Shown: in pieces, positions 43,042-51,592 of the stretch
How positions within the stretch are numbered: position 1 is the first letter of the stretch
Layout: every line of letters starts with the position of its first letter
Source: a virus
Taxonomy: Duplodnaviria; Heunggongvirae; Uroviricota; Caudoviricetes
Strand: one strand, 5' to 3'
Virus record (IMG/VR): IMGVR_UViG_3300009709_000001
Coordinates: 317,336 to 381,335 of that record
DNA length: 64,000 nucleotides
Notes under the pieces: generated by a model
Database searches by the model: none
Seen by the model: only the letters and a program-made list of their open reading frames with translations
What the model was told of the DNA's origin: nothing
Translations under genes and position numbers: made by a program

Positions 43042-43429
43042 GTGGTCCACCTAGCACCAGCTCCCCACGCATTTTCATAATCGAAATTTGCATCAAGAAC
43101 TCTTCTGCAATAGAAGATCCACATTTACCAAGAAACTTATCGTTTTCTATAACTCTGAAATTTTTCGACTTATCGGCTAACTCTTGAGTTAGTTCTTCGA
43201 AGTCGTCTACCTTTTCGATTGTAATAGATTTACCAATCTTACCGTAGAACTTGTAATAGATCTTGTCTGGCTTACGGAACTTACGATTTACTTCGTCCCA
43301 GTAATCATAAACCATCTTGTCCTGATCTTTAGGCACGAAGTATCCCCAAAAGGAACCCTTGTTCGCATCCTTGCGAATGCCAACCCATTTAAGATCAATA
43401 TAACCGTTAATCGATAAAGGATCCGCCAT
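43016..43429 (-). CDS. hypothetical protein (137 aa)
   Basis: Minus-strand ORF. Confidence 0.45.
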   Translation of the reverse strand: MADPLSINGYIDLKWVGIRKDANKGSFWGYFVPKDQDKMVYDYWDEVNRKFRKPDKIYYKFYGKIGKSITIEKVDDFEELTQELADKSKNFRVIENDKFLGKCGSSIAEEFLMQISIMKMRGELVLGGPLKPEQPEW

Positions 43430-43607
43430 CTAATATCTTCGGTGTTGTCGATACTTCTTTGACTACAACTTGGGCTGGCTTTTTAGCCTGTTCAACAAGT
43501 GCATCAATTTCGGTTAACAAATTCCTAGCCTCCGTAACTGTCATTCTGTATTCGGGAACACCTTTAGATATATTCTTTAGGCGAGTTCTTAGTTTTTCAA
43601 TTTCCAT
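43407..43607 (-). CDS. hypothetical protein (66 aa)
   Basis: Minus-strand small ORF. Confidence 0.35.
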   Translation of the reverse strand: MEIEKLRTRLKNISKGVPEYRMTVTEARNLLTEIDALVEQAKKPAQVVVKEVSTTPKILDGGSFID

Positions 43608-43947
43608 ATTGTCGTCCCTGTAATACCGAGAATGTCATATCGATGACTGTATCCTCGAGTAGATTCCAGACTTCGCCTAACGGATGTGAAATTCCTTCGT
43701 GCGAAATATCTTCATAGATCTGTTTCAGATTGAAGATTTCGGCTCTAATATTTTTCAGACCAAAATTCTGCAGAGATCCGAGTGATTTGCAATACGATAC
43801 CGTACCGTTAACAAGTCCAACCATGTAAGATTGAAATAGCTGATCTTTTATGATATTACCGCATGATCCGGTTGGTCTAAAGATGAGGACGTGCAACTCC
43901 TCATCTCCATCCATTCTACGACCAATGAAATCAATTTTATAATGCAT
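43597..43947 (-). CDS. hypothetical protein (116 aa)
   Basis: Minus-strand ORF. Confidence 0.45.
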   Translation of the reverse strand: MHYKIDFIGRRMDGDEELHVLIFRPTGSCGNIIKDQLFQSYMVGLVNGTVSYCKSLGSLQNFGLKNIRAEIFNLKQIYEDISHEGISHPLGEVWNLLEDTVIDMTFSVLQGRQYGN

Positions 43948-44233
43948 CTTTCAACACTTTCATCGAAAGTTGTATTTCGATATCGCGTATTACCTCTGGA
44001 AAGCTCGACTTAATTCTTTCCATCGAAATATCTTTCCAGCCCTGCGTTAATTTTGTAGATCTTGTCGATCTCGGTATTTCAAAGGACCAATGAATTCTAT
44101 TCATATGCATGTGGGCCGATTTGCATTCACCGTAGACACGATAAGCATCTTGTCCGACTGTAATCGTTCCATAGAGATGATGCTTCCCGCGTTGATCGCG
44201 TTTATGCACCATCCATACTAACGACCAGCTCAT
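43937..44233 (-). CDS. hypothetical protein (98 aa)
   Basis: Minus-strand ORF. Confidence 0.45.
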   Translation of the reverse strand: MSWSLVWMVHKRDQRGKHHLYGTITVGQDAYRVYGECKSAHMHMNRIHWSFEIPRSTRSTKLTQGWKDISMERIKSSFPEVIRDIEIQLSMKVLKDAL

Positions 44234-44727
44234 TTCTTGCTGTTATTTTCTTTACGAAGTTTGTTCAACGCCAAACGCATTTCTGCTTCGGTCTTAAACG
44301 GACCGGCATATTCGTATGTTTGTAGAGTTGAGTATTTCGGGCAATGTGCAGGCATCCAATTCTTAGGGAAATGGAGACAGTAATAACCGGCACTGTAATA
44401 AACATCACTTGTCGGCTTCTTGCTGAACAATGGCAATTTATTTCCTTTGATGATTACTTCATGTGGGCTATCGAAATCTACAGGATAACCATTGATGAAA
44501 TAATCCTTCTTTACTTCTTCTTCGGGTTCGACAGCAACAACATTGTCGAATACATTTTCCTTGAAGTAACCATTTACGTCTTTCTGGGAGAGGAACAATT
44601 TCTTTTCACCCTTTACCATCAGGACATACTGATCTCTAATTTCCGACAGAAGACCAATTCGCATCTCTTCTGTGTCGCCCAATACTAACCAGCTCTTTTC
44701 TGTTATTGGTTTTAGTTTTACCGTCAT
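44230..44727 (-). CDS. hypothetical protein (165 aa)
   Basis: Minus-strand ORF. Confidence 0.5.
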   Translation of the reverse strand: MTVKLKPITEKSWLVLGDTEEMRIGLLSEIRDQYVLMVKGEKKLFLSQKDVNGYFKENVFDNVVAVEPEEEVKKDYFINGYPVDFDSPHEVIIKGNKLPLFSKKPTSDVYYSAGYYCLHFPKNWMPAHCPKYSTLQTYEYAGPFKTEAEMRLALNKLRKENNSKK

Positions 44728-44924
44728 TTGATCTCGATTATAGATTCTTTCTTAATACATACCATATCTTGACTATGTGTCAAGATGGCGTAACCCTGCA
44801 GGTCGGTACACTGTCTTCTAAATTTTGAATAAGGACTATCCCTTAGGTCACCGCGTTCAGCACGAGCAAAGCTCAAGCCAGCCAGAATAAGAACTAACAA
44901 TAGAACACCGACTGCAGATTTCAT
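44724..44924 (-). CDS. small secreted protein (66 aa)
   Basis: Signal-like N-terminus AVGVLLLVLILAGLSFA. Confidence 0.35.
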   Translation of the reverse strand: MKSAVGVLLLVLILAGLSFARAERGDLRDSPYSKFRRQCTDLQGYAILTHSQDMVCIKKESIIEIK

Positions 44925-45976
44925 TATACATACCTAGATTTTAGCATTGGCATGAACTTCTCAGAGTGATTGCCAATTCTTTGCAGATCCCATTTACCAC
45001 AGAAGCGCATAAATCCCATACCAATCTCGATTGCCGGCACTGGTGGACGATTTACTGTTTCATTGATGATAGCTAAGCTCGATGCTTTAATATCTGCAGG
45101 GATTTCAGAAAGATCAATGAGCTTCTTATTCAGCTCGTATCTTTCTTTAACACGCTGCTCGACATCATTATGATCGACCCATTTCTGCAACATGAAATTG
45201 TTCCATGCGTATCCCTTACCATTCATGTCACCGTAGGCTTCGCGAATACCGACAGTAGTCTTGGTACCCTTTTCACGAACACCGGGATATGCACTGAAAA
45301 TGTTATCGGTATTATCACCACGAATGCACTTTAGGAACAATGCATATTCATACCATTTGTCTTCGCATACAAATGTCGGATCTTTCTTACCTACTTTAAT
45401 CTTCGCCTGGCTGGTAACAGTAAACGATAACTTATTGCCGTCATCGTCATATACACCATCTTGTTTGATCAGGATATCCTTAACCGGATCGTATAATGTT
45501 ACATTCGGGAAACGCAACAACTGGAAGAAGTCTGAATCTGAACTAACCAGAATGTGCTTATCATCTGGATGCGCTTCAATAAAGATTGCAATCATATCAT
45601 CAGCTTCGGCAACTGGATTGCGCAGAACTGTGATATTGGTCTTTGTTGATAAGAATTCAACGAAATCGTCAAATGCTTCCACCGCGATCATGTGATCTTC
45701 TTGTTCTTTCGGTGTCTGCTTGGCAAAGGTGACTGCTCTATTCAGTTTATATTCTGGATAGATATTCCTGCGCCAAGAACGACCTTCCATGTAAAACACG
45801 GTATGCGTACCACCCCACTTGTTATACTCCTTTTTCATGGAGTTAAAGATCATGTGGAGTGCCATACCGATAGCACTATCCAAACCCAACGAAGGGTTGG
45901 TCATATTAATCTGTCTATGAAACAGATTACTGCCGTCGGTATGAATAAAAACGTGTGGCTTTTTCTCTTCAGTCAT
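44924..45976 (-). CDS. rnh: RNase H / 5'-3' flap endonuclease (T4 rnh-like, FEN family)
   Basis: FEN/T4 RNase H motifs are present: 'VFIHTDGSNL', 'YPEYKLNRA', 'VAEADDMIAI' and 'ILVSSDSDFFQL'. A C-terminal helical DNA-binding region follows. Confidence 0.85.
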   Translation of the reverse strand: MTEEKKPHVFIHTDGSNLFHRQINMTNPSLGLDSAIGMALHMIFNSMKKEYNKWGGTHTVFYMEGRSWRRNIYPEYKLNRAVTFAKQTPKEQEDHMIAVEAFDDFVEFLSTKTNITVLRNPVAEADDMIAIFIEAHPDDKHILVSSDSDFFQLLRFPNVTLYDPVKDILIKQDGVYDDDGNKLSFTVTSQAKIKVGKKDPTFVCEDKWYEYALFLKCIRGDNTDNIFSAYPGVREKGTKTTVGIREAYGDMNGKGYAWNNFMLQKWVDHNDVEQRVKERYELNKKLIDLSEIPADIKASSLAIINETVNRPPVPAIEIGMGFMRFCGKWDLQRIGNHSEKFMPMLKSRYV

Positions 45977-46247
45977 TAGCGAAATGTTCCCTCATTGCCT
46001 TGTACTGTTCCGGATGTGAACGCCAGTACATGGTATAGGCCTTATGTCCGGCATTGTAGTATCTATCGAAAATACGGCCACGAACTCTTTCGCTGCGAAC
46101 TTTGTGACCAATATTACCAGGACACTGATGTGTTCTATGCTCGAGAAGCTTGTCCCGAACTGTTCGATTGCATCCAATTCTGTTCTTAAAAGGAACGTGA
46201 CTTGTAGTGCCGATTTTGGCTGCTGTATGTGCGTTTACCGAAATCAT
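45969..46247 (-). CDS. small basic protein (92 aa)
   Basis: Immediately upstream of rnh on the same strand, the position dsbA occupies in T4; no sequence verification possible here. Confidence 0.45.
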   Translation of the reverse strand: MISVNAHTAAKIGTTSHVPFKNRIGCNRTVRDKLLEHRTHQCPGNIGHKVRSERVRGRIFDRYYNAGHKAYTMYWRSHPEQYKAMREHFAND

Positions 46248-46882
46248 TTGTAACCCTTTCTTCCGTCCTTAAAGACTTCTGTTTCAAAACTCCAGCGTTT
46301 CATGGCTTCAAGGTTTGCTTCCGAATCAGCAGTGAAATCACCAGTACCATCAAATTCTTCGAGTGCTACGTTTCTGCATACTTCCATAAACCATTGGTTT
46401 ACCAGATGATCAGCAGATGGGCCTACATATCCTTCAGACTTTAGCTTTTCAACAAAAGCATCGTTCCAGTCTAATTCAAAACTACCTTCGAGTGATGTAG
46501 ACTTACCGAAGTCCATATGTACCACCGTAACCCACGGCTCTCCCTTAAGTGTAGCACATTTTTTAGAATATTCTGTATCCCCAATTGAGCCTTCACGAAA
46601 GTCAAGTTCCGCCTTTGCTAAGGCACGAAGTTTATCGTCCTTAATCAAATCTAACAATCCATGTTCGTATTCTGACCTTGTGATCTTGGCATACTTCAGC
46701 CTGAGGTCTAACATTCTCTGATTGAAGTCTTCCGATGACATTTCATCTTGGCGAATTTGGAGTAATTTTTCTTCTCTCTCAAATCCAGTAAGCTCGTATT
46801 CAGCTTTAGCAGTCTCTCTTGTCTTTCCGGCTAGGCCCCAACTATAGGGCCACCAGGAAAAAGGAATTAATCGTTTAGACAT
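46244..46882 (-). CDS. hypothetical protein (212 aa)
   Basis: Minus-strand ORF. Confidence 0.5.
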   Translation of the reverse strand: MSKRLIPFSWWPYSWGLAGKTRETAKAEYELTGFEREEKLLQIRQDEMSSEDFNQRMLDLRLKYAKITRSEYEHGLLDLIKDDKLRALAKAELDFREGSIGDTEYSKKCATLKGEPWVTVVHMDFGKSTSLEGSFELDWNDAFVEKLKSEGYVGPSADHLVNQWFMEVCRNVALEEFDGTGDFTADSEANLEAMKRWSFETEVFKDGRKGYK

Positions 46883-46908
46883 TATTTCAGCTCCCAGAAA
46901 CTTATGCG

Positions 46909-47592
46909 TTGATAAATATATTTATGATCAATATTCATTTTTATAAAACATTTTTAGGTAACAAATACTCGAAATGGTATTTGTCTATTATTGTTGCTGC
47001 ACAATCGAAAAATCGTAAAAAATCCGAAGATTGCTATTACGAGCGTCATCATATTATACCCAAATCTATAAATCCTGAGATTTCGAACTTAAAATTAAAT
47101 CCCTGGAATGGAGTATTACTAACCGCGAAAGAGCATTTCATTTGTCATCTTCTTCTTACAAAAATGGCTATAGGAAAAGATAAGAATAAGATGATTTATG
47201 CATTATGGAATCTACGTAATCAGAAAACTAAATCTCAGGACCAGAGATTTACCTCAAATCTATACAACGTATACAAGAAACAGATGCAAGAAGCATTATC
47301 TGTAGATCGAAAAGGTAAATCTCTGGAAGAACGATACGGGATTACTCGTGCATCGGAGATTAAAGCATCCTACCGCACAAGAATCCCTCGTGGGAAAGTT
47401 TCCAATGAAGAAAAGGGTAAACTTTCTGAAAATATGAAAACTCTTCATCAAACCCGGCCTTGGAAAAGATTTATGCAAACCAACGGTGTTCTTCCAAAAA
47501 ATACCTGCCCGCATTGTAATAAAACAATGGATGTCGGTAATTATGGAAGATATCACGGGGACAAATGTAAATTACGCGAGATTAGCAAATAG
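46909..47592 (+). CDS. HNH homing endonuclease with C-terminal Zn finger (probable true start ATG 46924)
   Basis: 'CYYERHHIIPKSINPEISNLKLNPWNGVLLTAKEHFICHLLL'. The C-terminus is 'CPHCNKTMDVGNYGRYHGDKCK'. The ORF track starts at TTG 46909, but GATAAATA at 46911-46918 sits 5 nt before the ATG at 46924. Confidence 0.85.
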   Translation: MINIFMINIHFYKTFLGNKYSKWYLSIIVAAQSKNRKKSEDCYYERHHIIPKSINPEISNLKLNPWNGVLLTAKEHFICHLLLTKMAIGKDKNKMIYALWNLRNQKTKSQDQRFTSNLYNVYKKQMQEALSVDRKGKSLEERYGITRASEIKASYRTRIPRGKVSNEEKGKLSENMKTLHQTRPWKRFMQTNGVLPKNTCPHCNKTMDVGNYGRYHGDKCKLREISK

Positions 47593-48453
47593 ATGCATTT
47601 GCATTTGCATTCTGTAACCGTGCTCCATACAATATCTACCCACGTATTCGTGATTTTCTTGTATCTTCTGCATATTTAATAATCCCGGTTCGAAGAAATT
47701 AATAACTTCATCAACAGTTGAGCGCTCATCCATTGTGATATTGCCTTTTTCGTTGTGTAGAATTTTAATCTTCTGTGGAAGGCTGTTATACACATTCATC
47801 GGGCTAAGATATACTTCCTTAGTAGGATTATTTCTTTTCCACTCATGTGCCCATTCCGGAATTTGATTGTATGGGCTATCTGTTTCGGCACTAACGACAA
47901 ACTTCAAGCAATCTGCTCTTTCCAAAATTTGTTTGGTAGGAGAAAGATACTTAGTAGCCACACCATTCTTTTCAGCACATTTCGGGCTGCAAACGAGTGT
48001 AACACCTTCAGGAATAGGAAGATTTACAGTACCATTGCTTTCGATTTGTACTGCTCTGAAGTTAGGAACTTGTCTTTCTAGGAATGCTGTAAGGTTTGAT
48101 TGTAGTGTGGGTTCACCACCTGTAATAACCATAACAATGTTCGGGAAACTATATGCCTTCTTATCTGGATGTGCCCAAATAGGTGCTACACCACCTTTGT
48201 CTTCCCAATATTTATAGATCGTGTCACCTACCTTCTTTTCCAGTTCTTCATAAGTCATCCAATCTCCATCATCGAAGAATGTATCACAGAAAGAACAAGC
48301 TAGGTTACATTTTGTCAATCTAATGAATAGTGCAGGAGAACCGGCGTATGGACCCTCGCCTTGAAGTGTAAAGAACATACTTGTAACAAATAAACTATTC
48401 TCTGGTGCATCTTTGAAAAATTTCTGGCCAATAATTTGGTTAGTTCCGAACAT
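47572..48453 (-). CDS. queE: 7-carboxy-7-deazaguanine synthase QueE (radical SAM)
   Basis: 'FFTLQGEGPYAGSPALFIRLTKCNLACSFCDT' has the QueE C-x3-C-x2-C-DT cluster. 'VITGGEP' and 'QIESNG' are also present. The C-terminus 'MQMHLFANLA' resembles the E. coli QueE C-terminus. Confidence 0.9.
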   Translation of the reverse strand: MFGTNQIIGQKFFKDAPENSLFVTSMFFTLQGEGPYAGSPALFIRLTKCNLACSFCDTFFDDGDWMTYEELEKKVGDTIYKYWEDKGGVAPIWAHPDKKAYSFPNIVMVITGGEPTLQSNLTAFLERQVPNFRAVQIESNGTVNLPIPEGVTLVCSPKCAEKNGVATKYLSPTKQILERADCLKFVVSAETDSPYNQIPEWAHEWKRNNPTKEVYLSPMNVYNSLPQKIKILHNEKGNITMDERSTVDEVINFFEPGLLNMQKIQENHEYVGRYCMEHGYRMQMQMHLFANLA

Positions 48454-48985
48454 CTATTAATTCCTTCATTTCGTTTAGTGATAGAAATAACTTTTCACAG
48501 CTAAAACCATCTTTCTTATATTTGCTATTTTCTAAACACCAGCTTCTTATTGTTGTGTGATAAACACCGTAGAATTTGGCAGCGTGTTCTAGGGATGGAA
48601 ATTTTCCGTCTAGTGTGGTTACCAACATTTTCCATCCTTTTGCATCATCTCTGTCAATTTTGCCGAGAGAACACTCAACTTCTGGAACAACATATTCTCT
48701 AGAAAGGTAATTTATTGCACTTTGTAGAAGAGAAATATCATCCTTGAATAACCCGAGTGCGGTGTTGCAGTCAGTGCATAGTAGACCTCTGATTTTTCCA
48801 GATACATGATTATGATCAACTGCTAGATCTCTTCCGCAATAGTCGACTTGCTGGCAGATGCAACAGACACCATTTTGATCGGATTTTATTGCTTCATATT
48901 GATCGTAGTTTATTCCAAACTTCAAAAGAAGCCCATTTTTCTTTCTTCTTTTTTTAGATCTTTCCGGTGTATTAATTATTCCCAT
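48440..48985 (-). CDS. endonuclease VII-like Holliday-junction resolvase (T4 gp49 family)
   Basis: 'VCCICQQ...LAVDHNHVSGKIRGLLCTDCNTALG' matches the T4 EndoVII zinc/H-N-H core; an extra C-terminal domain follows. Confidence 0.88.
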   Translation of the reverse strand: MGIINTPERSKKRRKKNGLLLKFGINYDQYEAIKSDQNGVCCICQQVDYCGRDLAVDHNHVSGKIRGLLCTDCNTALGLFKDDISLLQSAINYLSREYVVPEVECSLGKIDRDDAKGWKMLVTTLDGKFPSLEHAAKFYGVYHTTIRSWCLENSKYKKDGFSCEKLFLSLNEMKELIDVRN

Positions 48986-49047
48986 AAAAATCTCCTTGTT
49001 TCTTATTTATACAAGGAGCTGGTAAACACTATAGAAATCTATAGTGT

Positions 49048-49629
49048 TTATTCATCGGTCCCTTTTAACTTTTCAATAATTTTAGAGGATTCCAGCATGA
49101 AAGTCAAGTCATCTGCTGTCAGGGCGCCTTTCTCCTTCGCAAACCGAATTACATCTTCAAAGACTTGATCTCGAATCTTACATTTCAGAGCGTGACTAAT
49201 ACCGAGTTTATTTTCGACACTAAAATTCAGCATCTTTTCAAATTGTCGGGATGCTTCATTGACATCTACTTCGGGCGCCCATTCGACTGATCCATCCTTA
49301 TTCAGACGAACAAGTTCTTTACCTGCGGCAGAATAGATTGTCAACAATGTCTTATCAGTTGCTGAGCTGCTGAATACATATGAAGAAGCTGGCGGAGACG
49401 CCGGCATTGTAAACCAACTCGACGAAACTCCTACGCCACCAGTAAGAATACCACTTGTGAACATTCCGCTGCTACTACCGGTAGTAGTGATCGAGCCCAT
49501 ATTAATTCCCGATGATCCTACTGCACCGACATTAGTCATTGGTGTTCCACTTGCATTACCTGTTGGTGCTGGTGGTACTACATTATTCAACGGAGTCTCT
49601 TGTCTTTTCTTAAAATATTTTTCAAACAT
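49048..49629 (-). CDS. hypothetical protein (193 aa) with Gly/Ser/Thr-rich N-terminal half
   Basis: Low-complexity G/S/T region, then a globular C-terminal domain. Confidence 0.5.
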   Translation of the reverse strand: MFEKYFKKRQETPLNNVVPPAPTGNASGTPMTNVGAVGSSGINMGSITTTGSSSGMFTSGILTGGVGVSSSWFTMPASPPASSYVFSSSATDKTLLTIYSAAGKELVRLNKDGSVEWAPEVDVNEASRQFEKMLNFSVENKLGISHALKCKIRDQVFEDVIRFAKEKGALTADDLTFMLESSKIIEKLKGTDE

Positions 49630-49913
49630 TATTCCTCCTTGCCAGCTGCCGGTCCATTAACCAGTGCTAGAATAGTTTGATATGCATCATATGCTTCCTT
49701 GAGTGCTGGATATTTCTCATGTAACTCAAGGTGCGGATGTAGAATTAGAAGCCGTGTCTCAATATTGCTGAGGCGTGCTTCTATTTGTGCAAGATTTTCT
49801 TGCGTCTTATCGGTTGTCGTTGTCCAATAAGCGGTTGTGCCTGTGCTGCCGCTCATCAGAACATTGCCAAGTGCACCGTAATTTGTCGGAAGTATTGAAT
49901 TTGTTGTACTCAT
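49629..49913 (-). CDS. hypothetical protein (94 aa)
   Basis: Minus-strand ORF. Confidence 0.4.
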   Translation of the reverse strand: MSTTNSILPTNYGALGNVLMSGSTGTTAYWTTTTDKTQENLAQIEARLSNIETRLLILHPHLELHEKYPALKEAYDAYQTILALVNGPAAGKEE

Positions 49914-50188
49914 TTTGAAAACCTTATTTTGAAAACTAATGCATCTTCAGGATTTTCAAAGCCCACGAAGACTATTACATTTCCGTGATTGCTGAGCACT
50001 TTCACATCTGCTGACCCCGACGTATTATCGTGGAGCCAGTAGAGCAATTCTAAATACATTTCCTGCTGATACGGAAACTTGATTATAGTTCTGAATTTTT
50101 CGTCGAAGTTAACCACTAATGGTTCCGGCTCCAGACTTACTGTCGGTTGCTTCCGGAACATATTCCAAAGTTGCGCCATTTTCCCCAT
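49910..50188 (-). CDS. hypothetical protein (92 aa), 'EDA-motif' family-like C-terminus
   Basis: Ends 'VIVFVGFENPEDALVFKIRFSK'; the start overlaps the QueD 3' end, so the true start may be internal. Confidence 0.45.
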   Translation of the reverse strand: MGKMAQLWNMFRKQPTVSLEPEPLVVNFDEKFRTIIKFPYQQEMYLELLYWLHDNTSGSADVKVLSNHGNVIVFVGFENPEDALVFKIRFSK

Positions 50189-50495
50189 CTTCGCTAACCT
50201 CTACGGAAATTTTACGATTTGGATAGGTCTTGCTGATGTAGTCAATTAAGTCTTCAGCAAGCATTTCGCAACTCTTGAAATCTACCTGCAATGTTGCTTC
50301 GGAATACAGAGCTTCGAGTTCTCTCTTAAATAGGATGAACTCGATATCCCTGTCATTGTGAAATACTTCCACTGTAACCCTGAAGTGGAAAATATGTCTG
50401 TGTGGATGTTTTAGAAATTCTACACCTTCTGGTGCATCGGGATACCTATGAATCCCTTCTTTCTGAAATGTTACGAAAATTGTCCGTGAAATCAT
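50109..50495 (-). CDS. queD: QueD-like 6-carboxy-5,6,7,8-tetrahydropterin synthase (PTPS family)
   Basis: 'FQKEGIHRYPDAPEGVEFLKHPHRHIFHFRV' parallels the E. coli QueD segment '[26 protein letters not shown]'; 128 aa. Confidence 0.75.
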   Translation of the reverse strand: MISRTIFVTFQKEGIHRYPDAPEGVEFLKHPHRHIFHFRVTVEVFHNDRDIEFILFKRELEALYSEATLQVDFKSCEMLAEDLIDYISKTYPNRKISVEVSEDGENGATLEYVPEATDSKSGAGTISG

Positions 50496-50701
50496 TTTAT
50501 TCTTTTTGTCTTAACCTTATACCTAGATTTGAATTCCATCTTCTTTAATTTCCGATAGTATTCTTCGAAAGTATATGGTCGAAAAATCATTGCCGCACCA
50601 ACTGGTGCAAAGCTTGTCTTGTCTTCATGCCACAGAGAAACTAAGCGTCCACTTAGTTTCTCTATGATATATAACTTCTCTGCTTCGGCACGAGTTGTCA
50701 T
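50492..50701 (-). CDS. hypothetical protein (69 aa)
   Basis: Minus-strand small ORF. Confidence 0.35.
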   Translation of the reverse strand: MTTRAEAEKLYIIEKLSGRLVSLWHEDKTSFAPVGAAMIFRPYTFEEYYRKLKKMEFKSRYKVKTKRIK

Positions 50702-51583
50702 TTACTTCTTCTTAGATGCCGCCTTTTTCGCACCCGATTCTTGGGTTTCGGTCGTGCCATCTGCATGAGCATAGAGATCAGCGACTTCCTGCTTCGTCGA
50801 GCTTCCTTGCGAAAGAACAACTTCACTCTTGACTTCTTCATCCGCTTCAGCCTTTAGTTGAGAAGGTGAGGTTGGGTCAAGGCCGAGAGATGCATCGTTC
50901 TGCACGGGTGTCTCGGCCTTCTCAACAGCCTTAACCTGCTTTGCGATCAAATCACTCGGATCGATGTAAGTAATCTCTCGTTCTGGCTCCTTGCGAACAA
51001 CATATGGAGGCATCGGTGTAGGTAATACATCATGAGACGGTGATGCAGAGATATTAACCTGACCGGTAACATCTTCATCAGTCACATAATCTTGCCAATC
51101 AGTGAAACGATTGCTGTCGGTTAATTCAGTGAAATGCCTGCACCATACACCTGGATTAGTTGCCTTGAAATCAATATCATCGATCTTAACCGTTAGATTA
51201 GGACTAGACATTTCGATCTTAGGAATACGAACACTGAGCAAGGGCACGAATAAACGAGATTGCCATACACCAGCACTGAAGATGTTTAAGACATCCTTAT
51301 GTTGATGTGCCTGATAATCGATTGTTACCCAAAAACCACGATCGAGCAAGTGTGTTGCAAGATCATTCCAATTCTTGTTTTCGACATCAGAATTTGCCTC
51401 AACATCAAATGAATGATTTGCGCCAAGGAATACATGCTGTACCTTATATTGGCGAGCATATTTTTCCACTTCTTGTGGACTCTGATATCCGACTACAAAG
51501 AGTGTCTTTTTCGAGTATGCCGGAGTATGTTCAACTTCCGGTCCAATGAAATATTTTGTTTTTTCGTGTCCTGCTCTATTCAT
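50702..51583 (-). CDS. hypothetical protein (293 aa): Rossmann-like N-domain plus acidic/Lys-rich disordered tail
   Basis: 'KTLFVVGYQSPQEVEKYARQYKVQHVFLGANHSFD' is an alpha/beta-like segment. The last ~100 aa are low-complexity E/K/S/T-rich. It sits between QueD and the glycosyltransferase-like gene. Confidence 0.55.
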   Translation of the reverse strand: MNRAGHEKTKYFIGPEVEHTPAYSKKTLFVVGYQSPQEVEKYARQYKVQHVFLGANHSFDVEANSDVENKNWNDLATHLLDRGFWVTIDYQAHQHKDVLNIFSAGVWQSRLFVPLLSVRIPKIEMSSPNLTVKIDDIDFKATNPGVWCRHFTELTDSNRFTDWQDYVTDEDVTGQVNISASPSHDVLPTPMPPYVVRKEPEREITYIDPSDLIAKQVKAVEKAETPVQNDASLGLDPTSPSQLKAEADEEVKSEVVLSQGSSTKQEVADLYAHADGTTETQESGAKKAASKKK

Positions 51584-51592
51584 AATTTCCTT

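Noticed and set aside
47590-47640. Direct repeats GCATTTGCATTTGCATTC looking like a regulatory repeat after the HNH gene
   Set aside because: They encode the C-terminal '...MQMQMH...' of QueE on the minus strand; they are coding, not regulatory.
50702-51583. Considered dCMP or dUMP hydroxymethylase (partner for a DNA glucosyltransferase), QueF or FolE
   Set aside because: No thymidylate-synthase-like, QueF (E-x-K-S-x-K) or GTP cyclohydrolase I motifs were recognisable; it is left as unknown.
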